Shown piece after piece: positions 32,758 to 41,316 of a DNA stretch of 64,000 nucleotides. The position numbers and the translations under genes are program-made. Under the pieces are notes generated by a model. The model saw only the letters and a list, made by a program, of their open reading frames with translations, did not search any database and had not been told where the DNA came from. This DNA is from Candidatus Omnitrophota bacterium (GTDB taxonomy: Bacteria; Omnitrophota; Gorgyraeia; Zapsychrales; JANLHA01), in the NCBI GenBank assembly GCA_022711395.1, contig JAKLFA010000001.1, positions 323,277-387,276 of the forward strand, in the 5' to 3' direction. How positions within the stretch are numbered: position 1 is the stretch's first letter; each line of letters starts with the position of its first letter.

Positions 32758-33471
32758 ATGACGATTAATAATGAAACCCGTATTGGAATCTTTGTGGTCG
32801 TGGTCGCCGTGATCCTGGCTGTCCTGACCTGGAAGGCAAGCGATCTTGACATTTCACGGTCAGGAAGCTATGAGATCAAGGTGCACTTCCGCAATGTGGA
32901 CGGGGTGGCGTTGAACGCGCCGGTGACCTTAAACGGCCTGGAAGTCGGGCGCGTCAGCGGGATCGAACTTTTATACGGGCCGGAGACCAAGGTCGAGGTC
33001 ATCTTGCGTTTGAATGAAGAGGCCAGGCTGCACCACGGGGCCAGGGCTTTCGTCAAGAATCTCGGGCTCCTGGGTGAAAAATATGTGGGGCTGACCTCGG
33101 GGGACGACACGAAACCTTTCTTGACCGCCGGTGAATTGATCCAGGGGGATGAACCGGCGAGTTTTGAACGGCTTCTCAGTGAAGGGGACAAGATCGCAAA
33201 AAATCTGGAGCAGATCACGTCAGAGATCAACGAACGTCTTAAGGTGAATTCACAGGTGATCGATAATATCCTGCTGAACATGAACGATTCATTGAGCAAT
33301 GTGAAATCCATCAGTGCTACCGTCAATGAACGCTTGAATGCCAATGGCGGGCGTGTCGATGATATGGTCATTAATTTGAACAAGGCCAGCAAAAATCTGG
33401 AAGAAATGAGCTATGATCTGAAGCTAAACCCGTGGAAACTTTTGTATAAGAGCCCGAAGAAGGCGCAGTAG
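32758..33471 (+). CDS. mlaD: MCE-domain periplasmic substrate-binding protein (MlaD-like)
   Basis: N-terminal TM anchor plus MCE domain; C-terminal coiled-coil extension. Confidence 0.85.
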   Translation: MTINNETRIGIFVVVVAVILAVLTWKASDLDISRSGSYEIKVHFRNVDGVALNAPVTLNGLEVGRVSGIELLYGPETKVEVILRLNEEARLHHGARAFVKNLGLLGEKYVGLTSGDDTKPFLTAGELIQGDEPASFERLLSEGDKIAKNLEQITSEINERLKVNSQVIDNILLNMNDSLSNVKSISATVNERLNANGGRVDDMVINLNKASKNLEEMSYDLKLNPWKLLYKSPKKAQ

Positions 33472-33480
33472 GAGGGGACT

Positions 33481-33660
33481 ATGGCCTATACGTGCCCGTT
33501 GTGCCGCAAAACGTGTGATAAAGGGTTAAAGGAATACGTTGATCACGTCGAGTCTGAGATCGTTGAGATCATCAAACAGGAACATCCCGAGTGGATCGAA
33601 AAGAACAATATGTGCCCGAAATGCTATGAATATTTTAAGGCGCAGCTGCGGGGTGAATAA
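33481..33660 (+). CDS. Small zinc-ribbon protein (59 aa, two CxxC pairs); not in supplied ORF track
   Basis: ATG at 33481, 10 nt after the mlaD stop, preceded by GGAGGGG. MAYTCPLCRKTCD...CPKCYEYF. Below the 60 aa cutoff of the ORF track. Confidence 0.45.
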   Translation: MAYTCPLCRKTCDKGLKEYVDHVESEIVEIIKQEHPEWIEKNNMCPKCYEYFKAQLRGE

Positions 33661-33690
33661 ATCATTGTCTTGTCAAAGAAAGGGTTGGTC

Positions 33691-34524
33691 ATGAAAAAGT
33701 TCTTTAAATTTTTGAAATTTTTGGGGATCGTGCTGCTGGTTCTGGTGGTGGTCTTTTTGGTCTTTAGGGACATCATCGTAAAGACCGGCGCCCAGGTCGC
33801 GGTCAAGGCGATGACGGGCTTAAGTCTTGAGGTGGACAAACTGCACATCGGGCTACTTTCTACCAAGCTCGATATTGAAAATCTCAAGATCAAGAATCCT
33901 GACGGATTTCCTGATCCTTTGATGGTCGATCTTCCGAAGATCTACGTAGACTACGCGCTCAAGGATATCATCGCGGGTAATATCCATCTTAATGATATGA
34001 AGTTCTTTCTCACGGAAGTGACGATCGTGAAACTGGCTGACGGAAGGTCCAATCTGGACGGGATCATGAAATTGGCTTCAAAGAAGAAAGCTCCGGCTGA
34101 AAAAGAGGCGAAGCCGGAACCGGCCAAGGCGAAAAAGCCCTTGAAGTTCCAGTTCGATCTCGTGGAGATCAAGGTCGGCAAATTCGTGACCAAAAGCTAT
34201 GACCAGGCCGGTAAAGCCAGCGTTGACACCTTCAACGTGGGTTTTGACAAGAGGTATGAGAACGTGACGGATTTTACGGTCATCTCGGCTGACATTGCCA
34301 AATACACGGGCAAGTTCCTGCTGCAGGCCGCGATGAATTTGGACTTAGGGGATGCCTCCGAGGCCATTAAGGGTTCATTGAACACGCTGACCAACCTGGG
34401 GACAGGCGCGCTTAACACGGCGTCTGACATTGGTAAGGGGGCTGTTGATAAGGCCGGCAACCTTTTGGAAGGGACCACGGACAGTTTGAAGAACGTGATC
34501 AAGCTGCCGTTCGGCGGGAAATAA
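33691..34524 (+). CDS. AsmA-family-like N-terminal domain protein (short form)
   Basis: N-terminal TM helix, then the AsmA-like pattern GLSLEVDKLHIGLLSTKLDIENLKIKNPDGF. Lys/Ala-rich linker. RBS AAAGAAAGGG before the ATG at 33691. Confidence 0.45.
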   Translation: MKKFFKFLKFLGIVLLVLVVVFLVFRDIIVKTGAQVAVKAMTGLSLEVDKLHIGLLSTKLDIENLKIKNPDGFPDPLMVDLPKIYVDYALKDIIAGNIHLNDMKFFLTEVTIVKLADGRSNLDGIMKLASKKKAPAEKEAKPEPAKAKKPLKFQFDLVEIKVGKFVTKSYDQAGKASVDTFNVGFDKRYENVTDFTVISADIAKYTGKFLLQAAMNLDLGDASEAIKGSLNTLTNLGTGALNTASDIGKGAVDKAGNLLEGTTDSLKNVIKLPFGGK

Positions 34525-34527
34525 TCA

Positions 34528-35211
34528 TTGATGGAAGCAAGTCTTAAAGTCATGGACATTGTTGCTGTTTTTGGCGCCGGGGTGATCGTTTCGTTCACCC
34601 CGTGCGTTTATCCGGTCATCCCGCTTGTGGCCTCCTCGATCGCCGGGGCGAATGGGGGCGGGGGCAAGTTGAGCGCGTTTGTCCTGTCTCTGGCCTATGT
34701 TCTGGGGATGGCGGTCGTCTATTCTTCTTTTGGTGTCATGGCGGCCTTAACAGGGCAACTGTTCGGGCATTTGCAGAATACAGCGGCCGTGTTCGCGGTG
34801 GAGGCCGCTGTTTTTTTTGTTTTCAGCCTGATGATGTTCGACCTTCTGCGCTGGAAAGGCCTGGCGTTTGCTCCGTCAGGCGCGGTCGTCCGCCCGCGGA
34901 ATATCTGGACGGTCTTTCTGGCCGGCGCGGTCTCCGGGCTTGTGGTAGGCCCCTGCACGGCACCGGTCCTCAGTTCAATCCTGCTTTATATCGGTTCAAA
35001 ACAAAATGTCCTGATGGGCGTTTTTTTGATGTTCGTTTTTTCATACGGTGTCGGGGCGTCTTTGATCATCGTCGGGACGTTCAGCGGGATCTTAGGTTCG
35101 CTCCCGAAGTCCGGGGCATGGCTTCTGTGGATCAAACGCGCGTGCGGAGCGGTATTTCTTCTGGCGGCGGCGTATTTTTTTTACCAATTTCTTTATAGGG
35201 TCAATGGGTGA
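34528..35211 (+). CDS. ccdA: Cytochrome c-type biogenesis/thiol-disulfide transporter CcdA (DsbD transmembrane domain family)
   Basis: Six TM helices with the conserved Cys in SFTPCVYPVIPLV and a second Cys in GPCTAPVL. Confidence 0.8.
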   Translation: MMEASLKVMDIVAVFGAGVIVSFTPCVYPVIPLVASSIAGANGGGGKLSAFVLSLAYVLGMAVVYSSFGVMAALTGQLFGHLQNTAAVFAVEAAVFFVFSLMMFDLLRWKGLAFAPSGAVVRPRNIWTVFLAGAVSGLVVGPCTAPVLSSILLYIGSKQNVLMGVFLMFVFSYGVGASLIIVGTFSGILGSLPKSGAWLLWIKRACGAVFLLAAAYFFYQFLYRVNG

Positions 35212-36491
35212 TGTATTACGCGGACCTTCATATCCATTCCAAATATTCCAGGGCAACATCGAAGGAACTGAATCCGGAATCACTCTTCCGCTGGGCGCAG
35301 CTGAAAGGCGTTCAGGTCGTCGGAAGCGGCGACTGCACGCATCCCGGCTGGCTGAAGGAGCTTAAAAAGAAGATCGAGCCGTCCGGTGACGGTCTTTTTA
35401 AATTAAAGAATGATATTGCCGAGGCTGTTCAAAAAGACGTTCCTGCCGCCTGCGAAGGAGAGGTGCGTTTCATTCTGAGCGGAGAGGTCTCAAGCATCTA
35501 TAAAAAGAACGATAAAGTGCGCAAGGTCCATAATGTTGTTTTTCTTTCCAGTTTTGAGGCGGCAGAGCGTTTTCAGAGTCGTTTGGGAAAGATCGGCAAC
35601 ATCGTTTCCGACGGCCGTCCGATCCTTGGGCTGGACGCGCGCGACCTTCTGGAGGTCCTGCTTGAAACGGATGAGGAAGGGTTTTTGGTTCCGGCGCACA
35701 TTTGGACGCCGTGGTTCTCGGTCCTGGGATCGAAGGGCGGTTTTGACAGCGTGCAGGAGTGTTTCGGGGACCTTACGGGGCATATCTTTGCCGTTGAGAC
35801 GGGGCTTTCATCGGACCCTCTCATGAACTGGCGGCTGTCCCAGTTGGACCGGTTCGTCATGATATCCAATTCCGACGCGCATTCCCCTCAAAAGCTGGGC
35901 AGGGAGGCGACGATTTTTGACGGAACGATCTCCTATCAGGCGATCTACAGAGCGCTGAAAGAGGCGACACCGGAGCTTTTGGGAACGGTGGAGTTCTATC
36001 CCGAAGAGGGGAAGTATCATTATGACGGCCACCGCCAGTGCCAGAGCCGTCTTCATCCGAAAGAGACGATCGAAAACAAGGGACTTTGCCCTGTCTGCGG
36101 CAAGCCTGTGACCGTCGGCGTGATGGCCCGAGTCGAGGAATTGGCTGACCATCCCGAAGGGCGAAAGTCTCCCAAGGCCAGGCCGTACTACAGCCTGGTC
36201 CCTTTACCTGAGATCATTGCCGAAGCCAGGGGAGTGGGGGCCGGCTCCAAGAAAGTTGACTCCGACCTTTTTGAGATGTTTTCTAAACTGGGAAACGAGC
36301 TTTTTATTTTGAGGGAATTGCCGCTTAAGGAGATCGAAAAAACCTGCGGCACACTGGTTGCGGAAGGCGTCCGGCGAGTGCGCGAAGGGAATCTTCAGAT
36401 CGCCGCCGGTTATGATGGGGAATACGGCACGATCCATATTTTTTCTGATGAAGAACGGGCCACCGCCAAAGAGCAGATGACGTTATTTTAA
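35208..36491 (+). CDS. PHP-domain nuclease, EndoQ-like (TIGR00375-type)
   Basis: N-terminal PHP metal motif ADLHIHSKYS with further His/Asp residues. C-terminal Zn-finger-like CQSRLH...CPVCGKP. 427 aa. 4 nt overlap with ccdA. Confidence 0.6.
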   Translation: MMYYADLHIHSKYSRATSKELNPESLFRWAQLKGVQVVGSGDCTHPGWLKELKKKIEPSGDGLFKLKNDIAEAVQKDVPAACEGEVRFILSGEVSSIYKKNDKVRKVHNVVFLSSFEAAERFQSRLGKIGNIVSDGRPILGLDARDLLEVLLETDEEGFLVPAHIWTPWFSVLGSKGGFDSVQECFGDLTGHIFAVETGLSSDPLMNWRLSQLDRFVMISNSDAHSPQKLGREATIFDGTISYQAIYRALKEATPELLGTVEFYPEEGKYHYDGHRQCQSRLHPKETIENKGLCPVCGKPVTVGVMARVEELADHPEGRKSPKARPYYSLVPLPEIIAEARGVGAGSKKVDSDLFEMFSKLGNELFILRELPLKEIEKTCGTLVAEGVRRVREGNLQIAAGYDGEYGTIHIFSDEERATAKEQMTLF

Positions 36492-36497
36492 AAAGGC

Positions 36498-36526
36498 ACA
36501 TGACACACGATACATGACACATGACG
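36498..36526 (+). repeat. GACACACGAyrCATGACACA motif copy (tandem duplication of helicase start region)
   Basis: ATGACACACGATAC followed by ATGACACATGACGAA. This creates a 5-codon mini-ORF MTHDT overlapping the helicase ATG. A second copy of the motif lies at 63152-63180. Confidence 0.3.
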
Positions 36527-38031
36527 AATTAAACCTCGAACAACGCCGCGCTGTTGAGTCTGATTCTCAAAACATCCTGATCATCGCCGGTCCGGGGACC
36601 GGAAAGACGCACACCCTGACCTGCCGCATCGCATTTCAACTTCAGACACTGGATCCGGACAAAAAAATTCTGGCGATCACGTTCACCAATAAGGCGGCGG
36701 AAGACATGAACAGCCGCCTGAAGGCGCGCCTGGGAAAGATCGACGGGAAAGTTTTCGTCGGCACGTTCCATCAATGGTGCTTGAGCCTTTTGCGGCAATA
36801 CGGCCGCGGCGGGGAGATCCGCGTGGCGGCACCGGAGGATGTTCTTAAGACCGCACGCGGCCTCTGGCCCGGGATGACAAAGGGCGACTTGCGCAAATGT
36901 TTGGAGAAGGTTTCCTATTGGAAGTCGGTTGATTTTAAGTCTGATCCTCCCCGGGAAGCTGCCGTTCTGTCGCAGGCGCTGCGCGCGGGATCCTTTTATG
37001 ATTTTGATGACCTTCTTTTGGAAGCGCGGAGATTGCTGCTTGAGAACAGCTCCGTTCTTGCTGATGTTCGAAAGCACTATGTCCAGGTCTATGTCGATGA
37101 ATATCAGGACATCAATCCCATCCAGCATGAGCTTTTGAAATTGAGTATCGGAGATACGGGCCGGATCACGGCGATCGGCGATCCAGATCAGGCGATCTAT
37201 GCTTTTCGCGGGTCGGACGCGCGTTTCTTTGAATGCTTTGAGGATGATTTTTTTCCGGTCGAAAAGATCCACCTGAGAGAGAATTACCGATCGGCCCATG
37301 ATCTTATTTCTGCATCCGGCCAGATGATCGCTTCCGCGCGCGATGTCAATGTTCCGCCGCAGGTCGCCCGGATCTATCAGGAGGGGCTGCTGAGCGTTCA
37401 CCGGTCGGCAACGGACAAGGCAGAGGCGGAATTTGTCGTGCATACCATTGAGCAACTGGTCGGTGGGACCAGCATGTTCTCTCAGGATTCCGGGCGCGTG
37501 GAGTCTCACGGTGAGGGAGCGTTCAGTTTCGGGGATTTCGCCGTCCTTTACCGATTGAAAAACCAGGCCCGTGAATTAAAGAAGGCCTTTGAGCGCAGCG
37601 GCATCCCTTTTTCTGTGGCTGGAGAGGATTCTTCGGGAGAGGATTTTGATGATGACCTTTTGGCGCAGCGGAAAATTGAACAGGATGTTCTGGGGGAACG
37701 GGTGGCCTTGATGACGCTGCATGCCTCGAAGGGGTTGGAATTTGAATGTGTTTTTGTTTGCGGATGCGAGGAAACACTCCTGCCGCTTGGCCTTGAAGGG
37801 ATCGCCTCGGACCCGCAGGAAGAACGGCGGCTTCTTTACGTCGGCATGACCCGCGCTAAAAGCCGGTTGTATCTTGTTTCGGCAAAGAGGCGGATGCTTT
37901 ACGGGAAGACATTTGAAAATGCTCCGTCGCCATTTTTGGCCGATATTGAAGAAGGATTAAAGAAGTATTCGCAGCAGCAATATTTGAAGAAGACAAAAAA
38001 ACGTGATGATGACCAGATACAATTGTTTTAA
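36514..38031 (+). CDS. Compact UvrD/PcrA-family ATP-dependent DNA helicase
   Basis: Motif I AGPGTGKTHTL, Ia TFTNKAAEDM, II VYVDEYQD, plus later motifs (GDPDQAIYAFRG, TLHASKGLEF, YVGMTRAK). 505 aa, shorter than canonical UvrD. Confidence 0.85.
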   Translation: MTHDELNLEQRRAVESDSQNILIIAGPGTGKTHTLTCRIAFQLQTLDPDKKILAITFTNKAAEDMNSRLKARLGKIDGKVFVGTFHQWCLSLLRQYGRGGEIRVAAPEDVLKTARGLWPGMTKGDLRKCLEKVSYWKSVDFKSDPPREAAVLSQALRAGSFYDFDDLLLEARRLLLENSSVLADVRKHYVQVYVDEYQDINPIQHELLKLSIGDTGRITAIGDPDQAIYAFRGSDARFFECFEDDFFPVEKIHLRENYRSAHDLISASGQMIASARDVNVPPQVARIYQEGLLSVHRSATDKAEAEFVVHTIEQLVGGTSMFSQDSGRVESHGEGAFSFGDFAVLYRLKNQARELKKAFERSGIPFSVAGEDSSGEDFDDDLLAQRKIEQDVLGERVALMTLHASKGLEFECVFVCGCEETLLPLGLEGIASDPQEERRLLYVGMTRAKSRLYLVSAKRRMLYGKTFENAPSPFLADIEEGLKKYSQQQYLKKTKKRDDDQIQLF

Positions 38032-38033
38032 AT

Positions 38034-38074
38034 AGGGGACAGCTCCCTATTTCGGAAATAGGGCGCTGTCCCCT
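38034..38074 (+). terminator. Long near-perfect palindrome (20 bp arms, one mismatch) without U-tract
   Basis: aggggacagctccctatttc / gaaatagggcgctgtcccct immediately after the helicase stop. No T-run follows, so it is a factor-independent terminator candidate or a protein-binding palindrome. Confidence 0.4.
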
Positions 38075-38092
38075 AAAACCAGGGAGGGGAAG

Positions 38093-38443
38093 ATGGTGCA
38101 AAAATTTTTTACAGCATTGACATGCGTGATCGTGGTTGGGCTGTTCGTCCTGACGGTGGAAATCCGGCGGGAAGTCGTTCTTCAAGGGCAATCGCTGAGT
38201 GCGGTCAAGGATTTAATTGCCGGACAGCAGGTTCGGCAGGACCAGATGGCGGCCCAGTATGCAAAAGAAATGGAAGCCTATAGCAAGCGCGCGCAGGACT
38301 ACGACCAGGTCATGCAGCAGTATAAGGAAAAAATGGCGGAATACGAAAAGACAACAGCAGAATATAAGACCATGATGGCCGAATATCAAATTATTCTGGA
38401 AGAGTCTAAACGGCAGCAGCAAGCCCAGGAACCGCAACAGTGA
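38093..38443 (+). CDS. Hypothetical membrane-anchored coiled-coil protein
   Basis: N-terminal TM helix, then a Gln/Glu/Lys-rich helical region with repeated MAEY motifs. GTG start with RBS GGGAGGGGAAG. Confidence 0.45.
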   Translation: MVQKFFTALTCVIVVGLFVLTVEIRREVVLQGQSLSAVKDLIAGQQVRQDQMAAQYAKEMEAYSKRAQDYDQVMQQYKEKMAEYEKTTAEYKTMMAEYQIILEESKRQQQAQEPQQ

Positions 38444-38467
38444 TTTCAATAGGGCGGGATCACCTAT

Positions 38468-39337
38468 TTAACGCACGGCGTTCAGGATATCCGTCACAGC
38501 TTCGGATTTGTTGAGGGCGTAGAAGTGGATGCCCGGAGCGCCGCCGGCCAGAAGTTCGCGGCACTGGCGGATGGCAAACTGGACACCGGCTTGAGCTGTT
38601 GCCTCCAGATCATTCTGGATGGGTTCAAAGATCTTTTTGACCTCTTGCGGGATCGTGATCTTATCACGCTGCGCGAACTGCAGGATCGTCTTGTAATTAG
38701 CGATTGGGATAATGCCCGGCAGGATCCGCGCGGCCACGCCGATCGCGCGCAAACGATCGATATAATCAAAATACGTCCGGTTATCAAAAAAGAACTGCGT
38801 GATCACAAAGTCCCCGCCAAAAGCGAGTTTGTTCTTTAAATAGCGGGCGTCCTCCCGGAGGTCCCGGCATAAGGGATGGCCTTCCGGAAATCCCGCGACC
38901 CCGATCCCGAATGCGCTTTTGAAATGTGTCCGGATAAAATGACAGAGCTCAAAACTGTATTTAAAGTTTTCGGGTCCCGGTGTCCAGTCCGGATGCTCCA
39001 GAGGCGGATCACCCCGCAGCGCGAGGATGTTTTTGATCCCTCGGGTATGGATATCCTTGAGGATCTCCAGGATCTGGGCCGTTGTGTTGAGCACGCAGGT
39101 TAAGTGCGCCACAGAAGGAATGCCGTGATCTCTTTGGATAAGCTGGGCAATGTCCAGCGTCTTTTCCCGGTTTCCACCGCCGGCGCCATAGGTGCAGGAG
39201 ATAAAATCCGGCTTAAGCTGGGCCAAACGGCCGATCGTTTCCAAAAGCTTTTGGTAGCCGGCTTCCGTCTTGGGCGGAAAGAGCTCAAAGGAAAATGTTT
39301 TTGCCTTTTGGCTGAATATTTCGGGGACTTTTGTCAT
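38468..39337 (-). CDS. metF: 5,10-methylenetetrahydrofolate reductase
   Basis: FSFELFPPKT N-terminal motif and TIM-barrel MTHFR blocks (ISCTYGAGG, LRGDPP). 289 aa. Confidence 0.9.
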   Translation of the reverse strand: MTKVPEIFSQKAKTFSFELFPPKTEAGYQKLLETIGRLAQLKPDFISCTYGAGGGNREKTLDIAQLIQRDHGIPSVAHLTCVLNTTAQILEILKDIHTRGIKNILALRGDPPLEHPDWTPGPENFKYSFELCHFIRTHFKSAFGIGVAGFPEGHPLCRDLREDARYLKNKLAFGGDFVITQFFFDNRTYFDYIDRLRAIGVAARILPGIIPIANYKTILQFAQRDKITIPQEVKKIFEPIQNDLEATAQAGVQFAIRQCRELLAGGAPGIHFYALNKSEAVTDILNAVR

Positions 39338-39451
39338 GATTTCCTCAAATTTGCTGCATTATAACATGTGGGCGGATAAAATCATACTATATATATACTT
39401 ATTTTAAAATTATGGTAATATAAAAGGCCTAAAGGTTCATATGGGGGAGAC

Positions 39452-40516
39452 ATGGCAGATATTGCAGTTATCACGGGTTCAGCCGGCCTCATAGGTTCTC
39501 AGGCTGTTGAGTTTTTCCTTTCAAAAGACTTTCAAGTCGTTGGGATCGATAATGATATGCGCCGTTACTTTTTTGGAGAGGACGGCACGACCCAATGGCA
39601 GCGCCAACGTCTTCAACAATTCTCAAACTACACACATTATGATCTGGATATCCGTGACCTTTCAAAACTGGAAGAGGTCTATAAAGGACTTTCTTCTGAT
39701 ATCCGGCTGGTCATTCACACGGCGGCCCAGCCTTCGCACGATTGGGCTGCCAAAGAACCTCTGACCGATTTTCATATCAATGCCACGGGAACGCTGAATC
39801 TGCTGGAATTGACCCGCCGCTACGCGCCGAAAGCTGTTTTTATTTTCTGCAGCACGAACAAAGTTTATGGGGACACGCCCAACCGTCTGCCGCTGGCCGA
39901 ATTCGAAACACGGTTCGATCTTCCGGAAGGGCATCCGTTCTTTGACGGGATCGATGAAAATATGAGTATTGATCAAAGCAAGCACTCGCTCTTTGGGGCG
40001 TCCAAAGCGGCTGCTGATGTGATGGTGCAGGAATACGGCCGGTATTTCGGAATGTTGACCGGCTCCTTTCGAGGGGGATGCCTGACGGGCCCGAACCATT
40101 CAGGGGCGGAATTGCATGGGTTTCTGGCATATCTGGTCAAGTGCTGTTTAGAAGGCAGGACATACCGGATCTTCGGCTATCACGGCAAACAGGTGCGGGA
40201 TAATATTCATTCATCGGATCTGGTCAGCGCCTTCTGGCATTTTTATGAGGACCCGAAATCCGGAGAAGTCTACAACATCGGCGGCGGGAGGAAGAACAGC
40301 TGTTCGGTTTTAGAGGCGATCGCCCTGGCGGAAAAACTGACCGGCAGGACATTCAAAAGCGAATACGTTGAGCAGAATCGCAGCGGGGACCATATCTGGT
40401 ATATTTCGTCATTAAAGAAATTTCAGGACCAGTATCCGCGGTGGAAACAACAATACACATTGGAGCGGACAGTGGAGGAGATCATAGAGGGGATCTCGGA
40501 ACGAACGGAAGGATAG
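39452..40516 (+). CDS. NAD-dependent sugar-nucleotide epimerase, CDP-paratose/tyvelose 2-epimerase-like
   Basis: GSAGLIGS Rossmann motif, catalytic YxxxK (FGASKAA), and shared blocks [26 protein letters not shown]. Confidence 0.75.
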   Translation: MADIAVITGSAGLIGSQAVEFFLSKDFQVVGIDNDMRRYFFGEDGTTQWQRQRLQQFSNYTHYDLDIRDLSKLEEVYKGLSSDIRLVIHTAAQPSHDWAAKEPLTDFHINATGTLNLLELTRRYAPKAVFIFCSTNKVYGDTPNRLPLAEFETRFDLPEGHPFFDGIDENMSIDQSKHSLFGASKAAADVMVQEYGRYFGMLTGSFRGGCLTGPNHSGAELHGFLAYLVKCCLEGRTYRIFGYHGKQVRDNIHSSDLVSAFWHFYEDPKSGEVYNIGGGRKNSCSVLEAIALAEKLTGRTFKSEYVEQNRSGDHIWYISSLKKFQDQYPRWKQQYTLERTVEEIIEGISERTEG

Positions 40517-40520
40517 AACG

Positions 40521-41315
40521 ATGTTCACCAAAGACAAGATGAAGGTTGTGATTTTGTGCGGCGGCCGCGGGACGCGCCTGAAGGAAGAGACGGAATTCCG
40601 TCCCAAGCCGATGGTCACCATCGGCGGCAAGCCGATCCTGTGGCATATCATGAAAATTTACGCCCATTACGGATTCAAGGATTTTATCCTGAGCCTGGGC
40701 TATAAGGGCGAGATGATCAAAGAGTATTTCCTGAACTATGAAGCCATGAACAATGATTTCACGGTCTGCCTGGGAAAACACAACACGATCAAATTTCACA
40801 CCGGCCATAAAGAAGTCGATTGGAACGTTACGCTGGTGGATACCGGTGAGGCGGCCGGAACAGGCGGGCGAATCAAGGGTGTGGAACCCTACATTGACAC
40901 GGACATGTTCATGGCCACTTATGGCGACGGGGTCAGCAACGTGAATATCAGAGAGCTGGTGGAATTTCATAAGGGCCATGGCCGGATCGGGACCATGACC
41001 GGGGTCCATCCGGCATCGCGGTTCGGCGAAGTGAAGACCTCAGTGACCGGGCAGATCGAGCATTTTCACGAAAAACCCCAGGTTGGTGAAGGCCTGATCA
41101 ACGGAGGGTTCTTTGTCTTTCAAAGAAAATTCCTGGATTATCTTAGCAACGGAGATTGCATCCTGGAGGCGGAGCCCTTGAGGGAACTGACGCAGGGAGG
41201 TGAGTTGATGGCTTACCGTCACGACGGATTCTGGCAGTGCGTGGATACTTACCGTGAGCTGGAATTGCTCAATACCATGTGGAAAGAGAACAACCCGCCT
41301 TGGAAAGTTTGGTGA
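40521..41315 (+). CDS. rfbF: Glucose-1-phosphate cytidylyltransferase
   Basis: VVILCGGRGTRLKEETEFRPKPMVTIGGKPILWHIM N-terminus; 264 aa. Confidence 0.9.
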   Translation: MFTKDKMKVVILCGGRGTRLKEETEFRPKPMVTIGGKPILWHIMKIYAHYGFKDFILSLGYKGEMIKEYFLNYEAMNNDFTVCLGKHNTIKFHTGHKEVDWNVTLVDTGEAAGTGGRIKGVEPYIDTDMFMATYGDGVSNVNIRELVEFHKGHGRIGTMTGVHPASRFGEVKTSVTGQIEHFHEKPQVGEGLINGGFFVFQRKFLDYLSNGDCILEAEPLRELTQGGELMAYRHDGFWQCVDTYRELELLNTMWKENNPPWKVW

Positions 41316-41316
41316 A

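Noticed and set aside
34602-35198. 198 aa alternative-frame ORF over ccdA
   Set aside because: The product is extremely Arg/Gly-rich, whereas the ccdA frame has six TM helices and the conserved Cys pair.
36529-37509. 326 aa antisense ORF covering the first two-thirds of the UvrD-like helicase
   Set aside because: The plus frame contains the ordered helicase motifs I, Ia and II. The antisense product is low-complexity and Arg-rich, with no motifs.
41254-41316. Upstream extension of the rfbG ORF overlapping rfbF
   Set aside because: The extension is out of frame with rfbF and lacks dehydratase homology. The ATG at 41317, immediately after the rfbF stop, gives the canonical N-terminus (KRVLVTGHEGFLG).
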